Below, in pieces: positions 25,979 through 38,448 of a DNA stretch of 64,000 bases (within the stretch, counting starts at the first letter, position 1; each line of letters starts with the position of its first letter). The notes under the pieces were generated by a model that worked only from the letters and a program-made list of their open reading frames with translations, was not told the origin of the DNA and did not search any database. Location: contig QPMI01000535.1 of NCBI GenBank assembly GCA_004431415.1, forward strand, positions 434,001 to 498,000. Reading direction: 5' to 3'. Position numbers and translations under genes: made by a program. This stretch comes from Cyanophora paradoxa CCMP329 (taxonomy: Eukaryota; Plantae; Glaucophyta).

Positions 25979-26689
25979 GCTAGCCCGCAGTTGAAGCTAG
26001 CTAGCTATGGCGCTGCAGCCTGCAGAATGGAGGCCGAAGTTGCCTGCTGGGTCGACGCTTACGCGGCGGACTAGACTAGGACTCTAGGAGGCTGTAGCGC
26101 GACTGAGCAATGAGCATGCCGCGTCAATCTTACGCGGCTGCCGACATGCCGATACGACATGCCGACATGCCCCATGTTCGACATGCTGGTTGACGACATG
26201 GACTTGACGCGACGAGCGCTGCAGAGAGGCCTCGAAGTAGACACTGTGACCTTGCTCCGCTCTTGCAGACTCTTGCTCCGAGCACGGGTCCGGCGCCCGC
26301 TTGCCGCTCCGAAGGTCGCGCTCGCTGTGGAGTCTAGTACCCCACGCCAGATCTCCCCCCCCCCGAAGCGTTTTTGCACCGCGCGCGAACATGGAATTCG
26401 AACGCCAGATCTATAGCTATCTAGATCTAGATGCATATATAAGCGCTGCGGCGCCGCCGCCTGCGCCGGGCGCGCGCGATCGCTCGGCTCGGCCATGGTC
26501 GAGCGCGCGGGTCGACGTCATGATCAGGCGCCGGCCTAGGAGCGCCGCGCCGCGCGCGCGCGCGTTAGCGCTCCCCTCGGCCCCATGCGCGCGGCGCCAG
26601 CGCTCGCTGTAGATGGCTCGAGCATGAGCATGTGCAAGTGCAGCCGGCGAGGGGCGCGCGGGGGCAGAGCTCGACGGCCGGGTTATCGA

Positions 26690-27997
26690 TTATCCCTCGG
26701 GGCTAGCTCGGCGGCAGACTTCGAGATGCAGAGGGGAGCTGGAGGCGGGGGAAGAGGGCGGCGGCGCTGCGGGCGGTGGCGGTCCTCGCCTCCTCCGCCG
26801 ACACGCCCTTCACGGCCGCCACCATCTCCAGGGCCTGGAAAGATAGTTAGAAAAGTTAGGCAGATCAAATTGGATCCGGAAAGCAGATTCGATCGGATCG
26901 AATTGCGGGCCTTTGTGACGTTCGCGGGCTCGTTGCGGGCTCCCTTCTCGGGGGCCAGGGCCGGCGCGTCCGACTCCAGGAGCAGGCGGTCCAGGGGTAC
27001 GCGCTCGACCAGCTCTGCGCCCCGATTAGGGGGGAGAAAGAGCTCTCGAGAGGGAGGGAGGGAGGGGAGGGGAGGCCCAGGGGGGCCGGGGGTACGGACG
27101 CACTCTGGAAGGCGGGGATGCGCACGATGCAGGGTGGGATAGAGAAGTAGTACCCCGCGTCGAGGGCCGGCTGGACGGTCCGCGGCGCCCCGTCGTACGC
27201 GTGCAGGACAGCGCTGGGCGAGAGGGGCGCGATTGGATGGGGCGCTCAGCAGGGGCGGCTCCAGCCGCAGCTCCCACCTGGGCGCCTTGTGCTGGATCAG
27301 GAAGGAGATTGCGTGGTGCCCCGCGTTCCGGCTGTGGACGTTGAGGGGCAGACCCAGCTGCGCCGCCAGCGCGATTTGCTGCAGAGCCGTGTGAGCTTGA
27401 GCTCTAGCCGAAGCCGAAGCTTCGGCGGTCTGAATGTGCGGCATCGAGCAGGGCCGGGCGTCCGCGCCTCTGCGAAAGCTTTCTGCTGGAGGCCCTTGAC
27501 GCGGTCCGGGTCCTCCTTGAGGAGCCACGGGGAGTAGTCGAGCCCGACCTACGCGCGGAAGGAAGCCTGTCAAGCCGAGCGGTCATAGTTGGGGGGCCAG
27601 AACAAGGTTAGAGATAAAACGCGACCTCGCCGATGCAGACGAGGCGTTGGCTGTGCTCCCGCGCGAAGCGGAGGACGCGCTCAAGCTCGTCCGGCCCCGC
27701 GCCGCCGCCGCCGCCAGCCTGCACTGGATGCAGCCCTGCCGGGGCGCCGCTTTAGCGCAGATCTTGGGCTGTGTCTCAAACGTTAACAACCGGGCGGCCA
27801 GCCCGCGCACCTGCGCTGGGGCGAAGAATCGCGTGTCGTTCGCTGAGGCGCAGGATCTGCTCCGCTTCGGAGACGACCTCGCTGACGGCGACGATCGCAG
27901 CCACGCCGGCGTCCGCGGCGCGCTGCAGCACGCCGTCGAGGTCGCCCGCGAATGCCGAATCGGCAAGGTGGGCGTGCACGTCGACGAGCGCCTCCAT
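26690..27997 (-). CDS. TATDN3: TatD-family deoxyribonuclease (TATDN3-like)
   Basis: Motifs LVDVHAHL, GLHP, IGE|VGLDY, LPLNVHSRNA, VLHAYDG, GYYFSIPP and LLLESDAPAL...RNEPANV. Confidence 0.9.
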
Positions 27998-28108
27998 TCT
28001 CCTCGCTTAGTTACAGCATTAGCTACCGCATCGACCCATCGTACGAAGGTCACAGCTGGTGGCTGGCTGAAATTGCCGGTACCCTGCCTTTCAGTGGCAG
28101 CTCGAGCT

Positions 28109-30555
28109 ATGCGCGCTGAGCGACGCACGTTGCATGGCGCACTCTCGCAGCGCGAGCTCGGCCGCCGCGGCGGGAGTGGCATTATCATCGACAAGAGGCG
28201 TGCGATGCTTCAAAACGAACTCAGCGACATGCGGGTGCTCGCAAGCGCTCGGCTCTTCGACAGGAGAACGACCTGCGTACAATGGTGCGCGCGCTGCGCA
28301 GGTGCCGGAGCGCACGCGCCTGAGCAAGTGCTGTCCTCGTGCAGGCACCCTGACCCTGCGCGGGCGAGCGACGTAGCAGTCGTCGCTAGCCATGGTTCGC
28401 GGCGCCGCTCAAGCGCGAGCGATCGAGCTGCGGTCCCTCCGTTCCCGCGCCTCATTCCTCCCTCACCTGCCGCCGATCCGAAGGCGGCGACATCAAGTTC
28501 TGGCGATGGCGGGTGCCTGGAGAGGAGCCAGAGATCGTCGTCTCAGGTCAGGGCAAGGGAGGCTCGATATCTGAGGCGCGCTCTTGAGCTCGCCGGCCGC
28601 ACGCGCCGTCCGCTTCGTTCCGCCGACAACGGCCGCAGATGCGCTTCCACGCGCACGACCACAACGTTCTCTTCACCACGTCCATCGATCAGGCGCGCCA
28701 TTTCGGAGCCTCGCAGCAGCCGCGCTCGAGATCCCTCTCACTCGCTCCCCCCGCCCGCCCGGCCCGCAGACGGTCAAGCGCCACGACATAGAGCGCAGGT
28801 CCTCGACGTTCTTTCTCGACACGATGAACCTTGATCACTGGTTCGATCGCATCTCGAGCTTGCGCATGCGCCGCTCGAATTCGATCCGCCTCCAGGTTCG
28901 TCTGCCTGGACGTCAACCTCGAGCGGGGCCTCCTCCTCGCTGGCGACAACCTCGGCTGGGGGTACGCGCGCGCATCGCGAGGGGTACGGTGAGCGTTTGA
29001 GGCGGCCCAGGCACCTCGTCGCGCTGGACGGGGCGCCGCAGGGGAAGGTTCGCCTGCACAAGAAGAAGGCGCGCACCCCCGCTCCCCCCGGCCCGCTTCG
29101 CGCGCCCTCCAACTGGCCCCTCGCAGGTTCAGACCGTCGGATTCAACCCGCGCGACGCCAATGTCCTCGTCACCTCCAGTAACGGTCCGCCTGCGCCGCC
29201 CCGCGGACCCCTTCCGCCGCCCGCCAACGCGCCTGTACCCCCAGACTACACCTGCTGTCTGTGGGACGTCCGGAAGACGGACCGACCGACGCGCGTGCTC
29301 CCTCACGAAGCCTGCATCAACTCCGGTGCGGCCCACACTCGTCCGCACCGGTACCCCTGCCGACGTCGACCCCCGCCGGCAGCCTTCTTCTCCCCCCTCT
29401 CCGGCACCAAGCTCCTAACGACTCCCCAAAACGACGAGGTGCCCCTCACCCTCGCTTCGGGTACCCCCCTCGTCGAGCTCCGCGTACCCCCCCCCAGCTG
29501 CGAATCTATGACCTGTCGGGGGACCTGGACGCTCCGCTCGTTGTACCCCACCCGCACCGCCACTTCCAGCACCTAACGAAGATCCGGGCCATCTGGTACC
29601 CCGTCCCAACCATCCTTCTCCGTACCCCCCGCGACTTCTCCCCGTGCACCAGGCACCCCCTGGACGAGGGGACGGCGCTCGTGGGCCGCTACGACGACAC
29701 CCGATCCATCGACGTGCTCGAGGCGCGCCGTACCCCCCGCCCCGCCGCCTTCCGTCGCGCTCGAGTTCCGAGTATACTCTGTACCCCCCAGGCACGCACC
29801 GGCGAGATCCGCTGCTCCCTTCGCGTGCGTCTGCTCCTCTCTCGATCCCCTGCCGGCCCCCCCTCCCTCTGAGCTTCCCCGGGGTACAGGACGCCGCCTG
29901 CCCGACGATCACGACGTGCCTCTCGGTATCCCCCGACGGCTCCCTCCTCCTCGCCGGCTCCGGCCAGTCCGGTCCGCCCTGTACCCCCTCCGCCCTTGCA
30001 GATTCCGCCTGCCCCCTCGCGACCTCCCCCGCAGCCTTTGCCTGGAGCCGCCTGCCTGGGGCCGAGGGCCCTGCCGGCTCCGGAATTCCCGCAGCAGCAG
30101 CGGAATTCCCGGCCGCCCCCGCGCGGGGCCGGCCCGCCCCGACCTCTTCCAAGGCGAAGGCCTCCGGCTCGAATCCGAAGGGGAAGACTTCCAAGGCGCC
30201 CGCCCCCGCCTCCACCTCGAAGAAGCGGCCCCGGCCGGAGCCGAGCGCGGGGCCCGCCGCCCCTCCCCCCGCTGCCATCGCCTCCTCCTCCTCCTCTTCC
30301 TCCTCCTCCGCCCGTGCCGCCCCGCCCCCTCCCTCCGCCTCCTCCTCCGCGCCCCCGCGCCGCCGGCCCGCCGCCTCCGACGCCCCGGCCCGCGCCCGGC
30401 CCCCTCCCGGCGGGCGCCGCGGTGGGGAGAGGGAGGAAGAGGGGGCCGGCGGGGACGGCGAGGAGGAGGGGGCTCCCCCCCGGCCCAGCATCCCTTTCGA
30501 GCAGTTCCGCTTCACGCGGCGCGGCGGCGGCAGCGGCGGCGGCGGCCGGCGATAG
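28109..30555 (+). CDS. DDB2: DNA damage-binding protein 2 (WD40)
   Basis: TLHGALSQRELG (DDB1-binding helix-like), FDRRTTCVQW|HP, GKGGSI, RLHKKK|V, INSAFFSP..GTKLLTT and HPHRHFQHLTKIRAIW|HP...VGRY, all characteristic of DDB2. Confidence 0.92.
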
Positions 30556-31186
30556 CTGTTTATGTCGAGTCGCATGCGCAGGATTTGGCCCGCTGTTTGC
30601 ACAGCGAGTGTATATACGTACTTGTATATGTACATTTATATTATAATTAGCATTATCATGACATGCATGCGCCTGTGCATGCTGCTCACCGTGTATATGT
30701 ACATGTGTATGCGCGGTGAAGCACTGTGGTACATGTGTGTGGCTCGCGCGCGATCGCCGGCGCCGAGAATCGATATCAGCGACTTTAACAGGTACGTATA
30801 CATGTGTTCAAAATTTTCCCGGGCCCACACGCAAGCTGCTGCAGGCTGCAGCTGAGCTTCAGACAAACGCCCGAGCCCCCATCATCTCGGCTGCAAGCTT
30901 TAAGTCTCAGTTGCTAGCCAAAATGCGAGCTCCGAGCTCAAGCTTGCAATTGAAACTCAAGCGACAGATGATCTCGCATTCAGATCCTAGTATCCTGCTC
31001 GAGCTAACCTGAATAAACTGCTAGTAGGGACGGATAGATGCATGGAGAAGGCGCGTAGCTTGAAATCGCAAGGTGGTGCTGAAGGTTCGCGGTGCGGAGA
31101 ACGGGAGAAGGGGCGGAGATATCAAGGGCGTGGGAGAGGAGGAGGGGGAGGCGGCGAGGGTGGGAAAGGCTAGCTAGCTCTGCTCG

Positions 31187-31622
31187 CTACCTGGGGGGCG
31201 CGTTGACGTTCTGGAGGGCGGCGAGGGAGGGGAGGGCGGGGCCCTGGGGGCCCGGGCCCATGACCTGGGGCATGCCGAGCATGCCGGGCGGGGCGGGCAT
31301 AACCATCATCTGGCCGTTCATGGCCGCCGGCACCATGACCATCTGGCCGTTGTGCATCTGGGCGGCCATCATGATGCCCCCCGCCGGCATCCCCTGCATC
31401 ACCATCCCCGGCGGGGCCGCCATCATCATCGGCGCCCCGCCCGGCATCTGCCACTGCCCGAAGGGCCCCGCCCCGAAGGGGAAGGCATGCTGCGGGAAGC
31501 CCTGCGGGGGCGGGCCCCCGGGCATCTGCTGCGGCGGGGGCCCCGGCTGCATGCCCTGCTGCTGCATGCCCTGTTGATGTTGTTGATGTTGTTGATGTTG
31601 TTGATGATGTTGTTGTTGCTGC

Positions 31623-31673
<51 letters not shown>

Positions 31674-32914
31674 ATCGCCAAGGGTGGAGGCTGCGGCATC
31701 CCGCCTGGCGGCGGGGGCATTCCAAGGGGCCCCCCCGCCGGTGCCAGCATCAGCCCGGGGGGCGGCATGCCTACGCCAGGCCCCATAGGCATGCCGGGCG
31801 GCATGCCCGCTCCGCCGCCGCCGCCGCCGCTGCTGCTGCCGGCCCCGCCGTGCACGGGCCCTCTGGATGACGCGCCGGCCTCCGGGCCCGCCGCGTCGTT
31901 GCCCGGACCTTTGCCCTTAGCCAGCCTTGGTGCCCGCTTCTTCTTCTGCTTCTCCCCGTCGCCCTGCCCGTTCCCGCGCCCCCGCTTGCCTGATGCGGCG
32001 ACGCCCGAAGTCAAAAACAAACGAGAAGGAGAAAAAGGAGGGAACGGCACGCCTGCTTGATCGCCACCATTCTCGAACCCCTGGCCGTCGTGGTTGCCTG
32101 CGTCGCCGCTGGCGCCCGCCCCGTCGCTGCCCTCGTCGACCTCGCCGTTCGCCGCCTTCATCGCCGCTATCTCCTCGGCGCGCAGAAAGCGCCCGCCCGG
32201 TCCACGGGCGCGCCGCATGGCGTGCTTATGCCTGCTTTCGTGGAGGTAGGGCTGCGAGCCGCGCCCGGCGTCAGAGGCGCAGAGGCGCTGGCCCCTGGGA
32301 GACGACGCACCCTGCGCATCCTTTGGACCTTGTTCTCTGCTTCTAGCTTTGCCCTTGCCTCTCTCCTCTTCAGTATCCTGTGGTACCTGCGGAACCGTCG
32401 GGTCTCGGAAAAGTCCGTGTTCGAAGTTCGAAGCTGGCTCACTGTTTCGCGTTCACGTAGATCGGTTCCTCCTCAAGCGGCTGAGGCATCGACATCCGTT
32501 GGCTTAGAGCAATCAGCGCCGTTGGAGAAGCAGCGACCTGCGATCGGTCAGCCTACGACTAACGCCTCGAATGCGAGCCGAGGGAATAGCACCATCTGCG
32601 CCGGTATGCCGGTGCCAACCATCATCTTCTGATAGTAAGCCTGATCGTATACGGGCTGCGAAAGGCCGGAGCAGTGCCGGATCAGCCGGATTGCGCCTCG
32701 AGCACCGACCTCGCGGTTCACGGGGCGCACCACCATTGCCCCTCCTGACACCTGATGTGCTTCTTGTGGCGGCTGTGGCGGCATCCCCATGAGGGCTTCC
32801 TGCGACGGCCCGGCTCGCGGCCCCGGGTCTGCGGCGGAAAAACGTTCGGACTTTCGCCGCGGATCTCGGATATCGGGACTGCGACGCACCGCCAGTTCTC
32901 CTGTCCTCCGCCAT
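31187..32914 (-). CDS. NFYA: Nuclear factor Y subunit A (HAP2/CBF-B)
   Basis: EEEPIYVNAKQ|YHRILKRREARAKLE...PYLHESRHKHAMRRARGPGGRF is the NF-YA core. Gln/Met/Pro-rich C-terminal tail. Confidence 0.93.
31574..31673 (-). repeat. PolyQ/QQH-coding trinucleotide tract in NF-YA
   Basis: (CTG)n and (TGTTGA)-type repeats on the + strand. Confidence 0.9.
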
Positions 32915-32965
32915 CTTGCTGGGAAGAAGTGGCCGGGGTAAAGAACGTCCGCTAGCTCTCTCTTG

Positions 32966-32988
32966 GATTGGTTGCTCAATACGATTGG
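32966..32988 (-). promoter_or_regulatory. Two CCAATC boxes in the NF-YA/PDI bidirectional promoter
   Basis: GATTGG at 32966-32971 and 32983-32988, inside the 119-bp gap between the two start codons. Confidence 0.5.
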
Positions 32989-33033
32989 CTTCTGGGCTGG
33001 CAGGGATCGTGTACCCCCAGTCTTGTGGGGAAA

Positions 33034-35808
33034 ATGAAGCGCGCGTGTGTTGTCGCCCTCGTGGCGCTGCTCGCGGTCGGGTTCGTGCTCGCGGAGGAGC
33101 CGACGCTGGAGGACGGCGTCGTCGGTGCGTACGCCTTCATTGCAACTGCCATGGTGACGTAGCATTCTCGCCGCGTACGATTGCCTGAGCCCGCGCCCGC
33201 AGTCCTCGGGGATGACACGTACGATGACTACATCGCGAAGCAGCCCCTCGCCCTGGTGCGACGGCTTCCCCCCGCTTTTCCGCCGCCCGCATTGCAGGTC
33301 GATGCTCACGCGTGCGTCCGCTACCTTTCGACGTCGTAGGTTGAGTTCTACGCCCCGTGGTGTGGGCACTGGTCCGCGCCTCCCGCCCTCCGCGACCAGT
33401 CATTTCATTCTCCTCCATGCGCTGACGCCGGACCGTCCCCTCCCCGCCCGTTCACCCCTCGCAGCAAGAAGCTTGCGCCAGAGTACGCCGGCGCGGCCCA
33501 GAAGCTTGCCGGTCCGCCCTCGCGAACCTCCGATGTTGACCACGTCTGACCGCTTCCCTCGCAGGCAAGGTCCCGCTTGTGAAAGTCGACGCGACCATTC
33601 ACAAGAAGCTCGGCGAGCGCTACCAAGTCCGCGGTCCGTGAGCCGCTGTCCCGAACACGCGCCCAGCCGAATTCTCCCGCAGGCTACCCGACCGTCCTCG
33701 TCGTCAGCGACGGCGGCAAGACCCACGAGGAGTACGAAGGAGGCCGTACCGAGGACGAGATTGTCAAGTACATGGAGAAGTGCGCGGCCCGCATCCGGAT
33801 GACAGATCGCCCTTAGAATTAGATGCCGGCGCCAAGCGGCGGCGGCGATTAAGGTCCAAAACGCAGGCAGCTCCTGCCCGTCGTGACCGCCGCGACCACC
33901 AAGAAGGAGGTCGACGAGGTCGTCAAGGAGGAGAAGGTCCACGCCGCCGCCCACGCTTGAAGGCCTGCCGCCGCGGCCCGCGTCTCTGACCGCCGCCGCG
34001 CCTCTACGCGTGCTCGCAGGTCGCTGCCGTCGCGTTCATGCTCGGCAAGGACGGTCCGCGCCGCGGCGCCCCGGAAGCGCCGACGCCGCCAGCGAGCCGC
34101 GTGCCGCAGAGTCCGCTTCTTTCTCCGCGGTCGCCAACTCGATGCGCAACGACCTCCGCTTCATCTCCGTCGACGACGCCGCGGTCGCGAAGTCGTGCGC
34201 CCTGGTCCCGCCCTGTTTCCTTCTTCTTCCTCACGCCCGCTTGCGCGCGCTCGCAGCTTCGACGTGAAGGAGCCCACCATCGTCATCTTCAAGCAGTTCG
34301 ATGAGAAGAAGGCGCGCCGCCCCCCGCCGAACGCTGTGCAAAACTTGAATTTGATCCCGGGCCGCGTCGGCGCCGCCGCGCAGGTGACGAAGGCGGCGAA
34401 GGGCCTGAGCAAGGAGGCGATCGCGGACTTCATCCGCGCGAATGACCTGCCGCTCCTCGACGACATCGGCCCGGAGAACTACAAGAAGTACGTCTCCCGC
34501 CGCCTCCCCATGGCCTTCGGTGCGCCCTTTTTCGCCGGGTGCGGCTCCTGCGGCTCGAGACGAGCGCCCGGCAGTCTTCGTGGACCCGTCGCAGAAGGAG
34601 CAGCACAAGACGTACACGACCGTCGGCACCGCCGTCGCGGGCAAGTTCCGCGGCAAGGTCCTCTTCTCCCGCGCCGACGGGTGCGCGCCCGCCCGCCCCG
34701 TGCCCTCGCCCCTCCCGCAGCGCGCCGGCCGACCCGCTCGCAGCGTGAAGTACAACGGCCACCTCAAGAACGTCGGCCTCTCGGGCAAGTCCCCCTTCGG
34801 CTTTGGGGTCGAGGACCAGGACGGCAAGCACTGGTCCGCCCAGATCAAATCTCCTGCCCGGATCAAATTCGAGACTCGAATTCAAATTTGATCGCATCGC
34901 AGGGTGTTCCCGGAGGACCAGGAGTTCACCGAGGCGGCGCTGACCAAGTTCGTGGAGGGGATGGTCGCCGGCGAGCTCCAGCCCACCCTGAAGTCCGAGC
35001 CCGTCCCCACCAAGCAGGAGGGTCCCGTCAAGGTCCTTCCCCTCTCTCTTCCTTCTCCTCTTTTCTTCCGTTCGTTCGCCCGACTGCTCGCCTGGCAGGT
35101 GCTGGTCGGCCAGACCTTCGAGAAGGAGATCAAGGAGTCGCCCAACGACATCTTCGTCGAGTTCTACGCCCCGTGGTGCGCTGTCCTTTCTTCCGCTGAG
35201 CTCGAGGGGGCGGGCCGGCCGAGTGAGCGAGGGCATCTGCAGGTGCGGCCACTGCAAGTCGCTGGCGCCCATCTACGACCAGCTCGCCGAGCGCCTCGCG
35301 CCCGTCAAGACCATCACCATCGTGCGCCGCCGTCGCCGCCTTCGCCGTACCCCCCGGGGCCCCTCCCCTCCCCTCACGCCCGCGCAGGCCAAGATCGACG
35401 CGACGGCGAACGACACCCCCGGGTTCCGCGTCCAGGTCCGTCCGAGACACGGGGCGGTCGCCAGGGCGCTTCCGTAGCGCGCGGGAGTCCTGCGGCGGGC
35501 CTAGCGCTGCCGAGGCCGCGGCCCACGTCTAAGATCTAGTATCTCGAGCTGCTGCTCGGTTTCCTCGCCCCGCCCGTGGCCGACGCGCTCGCGTGCGCAG
35601 GGCTTCCCGACGCTGAAGCTGATCAAGGCGGCGGACAAGGCGAACCCGGTGCCCTACGAGGGCGAGCGCACCCTCGAGGCCATGATGGCCTTCCTCCAGG
35701 CCAACGCCAGGCGCGATTTGATCCGCATTCGATCCGGATCGAATCTGATTCGATCCGCGGGCGCGCAGCCACAAGTTCGACGCCCCGGAGCCCAAGGACG
35801 AGCTGTAA
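33034..35808 (+). CDS. PDI: Protein disulfide isomerase (a-b-b'-a', ER lumen)
   Basis: Signal peptide MKRACVVALVALLAVGFVLA, two VEFYAPWCGHCK active sites after splicing, GYPT/GFPT motifs and C-terminal KDEL*. Confidence 0.96.
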
Positions 35809-36238
35809 GTTAACTGTGGGGAAACGGAGCGGATGGGGCGCCCCCCGCCGGGCGCGCAGAGCGCTAGCTAGTCGTAGGCATGCATCTCCAGCTCTCCGCG
35901 GCGCGCTTTTTCGACCCCGCGCCGTGTTTCAACGGATGAGATTCGAAAGTCCCGCGGCGCTGCATTGGTGGGGGCCCTGCGCCGGCTGTGCGTGCGAGGT
36001 CAGCTAGCGCTCTAGATCATCGTCGATCTCGATCCTCTAGGTCCGTTCTAGATCTGGCTCTCATCGCAATCCCATTAGCTAGCGCTATTGGGCGCGCAGC
36101 AGCGGCAGCATGCGAAGCGGGCCTCGTAAAAAACATGCAAATTAGATTGTAAATGCAAAAAGGTATACGACGTGAAGAAAAGTTCCTGCATAGGTATCGA
36201 TCCTCGGGCGCTACCCGGCCCGGATGGCTGCGGGCGCC

Positions 36239-36828
36239 CTAACTTGGCCTGGGTTTGGCGCCGCCAGCGCCGGCGCCGCCCCGCAGCTTGGAGCCCGAGC
36301 TGGGGCCGGTCTGCGGCCGCGCCGGCGGCCGCCCCCCGCGCCCGCCGTCCTCCGCAGGCTCGCCGCCGGCCCGCGGGGCCCGCGGGCCTTCGCGGGGGCC
36401 CGCCCCGCGCCCCCTCCTCCAACTCGGCCCCCCCCTCCTCTTGCGCGGCGTCCGCCGCAGGGCCGCCCCGCGCCCTCGCCGGCTGCGCCCGCGCGCCGGC
36501 CTGCGCCTCCGCGCCGTAGGCCATGGCCTGCCAGTGGGAGACGAAGGCCGCCGTCTTGCGCATGTAGAAGAAGGGGTCGTTCGGCAGGTAGTTCTGCGCG
36601 CGCCGCCGTCAGCGACTCCGATTCGATCTGCTTTGGCCCGTCTCTTTCTGTGGGAGGGGCGGGGCTGACCAGGTAGGGGAGCCCCTGCGGCGCGCGCATC
36701 TTCGGGACGCAGGGCTGCGCGGCGGCCCCGGGGCGTAAGCGCCGGGCGGAACGGGTATGCGTCCGGCGCGCTCTCTCGGGGGTACCTCGATCTGGGTGCC
36801 CTCGTGGACCTCGTTGAACGATGTCACG
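36239..36828 (-). pseudogene. Orphan 3' fragment of the GH99 endomannosidase gene
   Basis: Begins at VTSFNEVHEGTQIE and lacks all upstream exons. Confidence 0.85.
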
Positions 36829-38018
36829 ACCGTCGGCACCGCCGTCGCGGGCAAGTTCCGCGGCAAGGTCCTCTTCTCCCGCGCCGACGGGTGCGCGCCC
36901 GCCCGCCCCGTGCCCTCGCCCCTCCCGCAGCGCGCCGGCCGACCCGCTCGCAGCGTGAAGTACAACGGCCACCTCAAGAACGTCGGCCTCTCGGGCAAGT
37001 CCCCCTTCGGCTTTGGGGTCGAGGACCAGGACGGCAAGCACTGGTCCGCCCAGATCAAATCTCCTGCCCGGATCAAATTCGAGACTCGAATTCAAATTTG
37101 ATCGCATCGCAGGGTGTTCCCGGAGGACCAGGAGTTCACCGAGGCGGCGCTGACCAAGTTCGTGGAGGGGATGGTCGCCGGCGAGCTCCAGCCCACCCTG
37201 AAGTCCGAGCCCGTCCCCACCAAGCAGGAGGGTCCCGTCAAGGTCCTTCCCCTCTCTCTTCCTTCTCCTCTTTTCTTCCGTTCGTTCGCCCGACTGCTCG
37301 CCTGGCAGGTGCTGGTCGGCCAGACCTTCGAGAAGGAGATCAAGGAGTCGCCCAACGACATCTTCGTCGAGTTCTACGCCCCGTGGTGCGCTGTCCTTTC
37401 TTCCGCTGAGCTCGAGGGGGCGGGCCGGCCGAGTGAGCGAGGGCATCTGCAGGTGCGGCCACTGCAAGTCGCTGGCGCCCATCTACGACCAGCTCGCCGA
37501 GCGCCTCGCGCCCGTCAAGACCATCACCATCGTGCGCCGCCGTCGCCGCCTTCGCCGTACCCCCCGGGGCCCCTCCCCTCCCCTCACGCCCGCGCAGGCC
37601 AAGATCGACGCGACGGCGAACGACACCCCCGGGTTCCGCGTCCAGGTCCGTCCGAGACACGGGGCGGTCGCCAGGGCGCTTCCGTAGCGCGCGGGAGTCC
37701 TGCGGCGGGCCTAGCGCTGCCGAGGCCGCGGCCCACGTCTAAGATCTAGTATCTCGAGCTGCTGCTCGGTTTCCTCGCCCCGCCCGTGGCCGACGCGCTC
37801 GCGTGCGCAGGGCTTCCCGACGCTGAAGCTGATCAAGGCGGCGGACAAGGCGAACCCGGTGCCCTACGAGGGCGAGCGCACCCTCGAGGCCATGATGGCC
37901 TTCCTCCAGGCCAACGCCAGGCGCGATTTGATCCGCATTCGATCCGGATCGAATCTGATTCGATCCGCGGGCGCGCAGCCACAAGTTCGACGCCCCGGAG
38001 CCCAAGGACGAGCTGTAA
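36825..38018 (+). pseudogene. Orphan 3' half of PDI (b'-a'-KDEL)
   Basis: Copy of 34615-35808 without promoter, signal peptide or first thioredoxin domain. Confidence 0.85.
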
Positions 38019-38448
38019 GTTAACTGTGGGGAAACGGAGCGGATGGGGCGCCCCCCGCCGGGCGCGCAGAGCGCTAGCTAGTCGTAGGCATGCATCTCCA
38101 GCTCTCCGCGGCGCGCTTTTTCGACCCCGCGCCGTGTTTCAACGGATGAGATTCGAAAGTCCCGCGGCGCTGCATTGGTGGGGGCCCTGCGCCGGCTGTG
38201 CGTGCGAGGTCAGCTAGCGCTCTAGATCATCGTCGATCTCGATCCTCTAGGTCCGTTCTAGATCTGGCTCTCATCGCAATCCCATTAGCTAGCGCTATTG
38301 GGCGCGCAGCAGCGGCAGCATGCGAAGCGGGCCTCGTAAAAAACATGCAAATTAGATTGTAAATGCAAAAAGGTATACGACGTGAAGAAAAGTTCCTGCA
38401 TAGGTATCGATCCTCGGGCGCTACCCGGCCCGGATGGCTGCGGGCGCC

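Noticed and set aside
26159-26416. Response-regulator receiver fragment (MLVDDMDLTRRALQRGLE)
   Set aside because: Only the first motif resembles a receiver; no phospho-Asp or KP segment follows, and it sits in CGACATG micro-repeats.
36757-37101. New chimeric ORF across the duplication junction
   Set aside because: It starts in antisense GH99 sequence with no evident promoter or signal peptide; treated as a by-product of the duplication.
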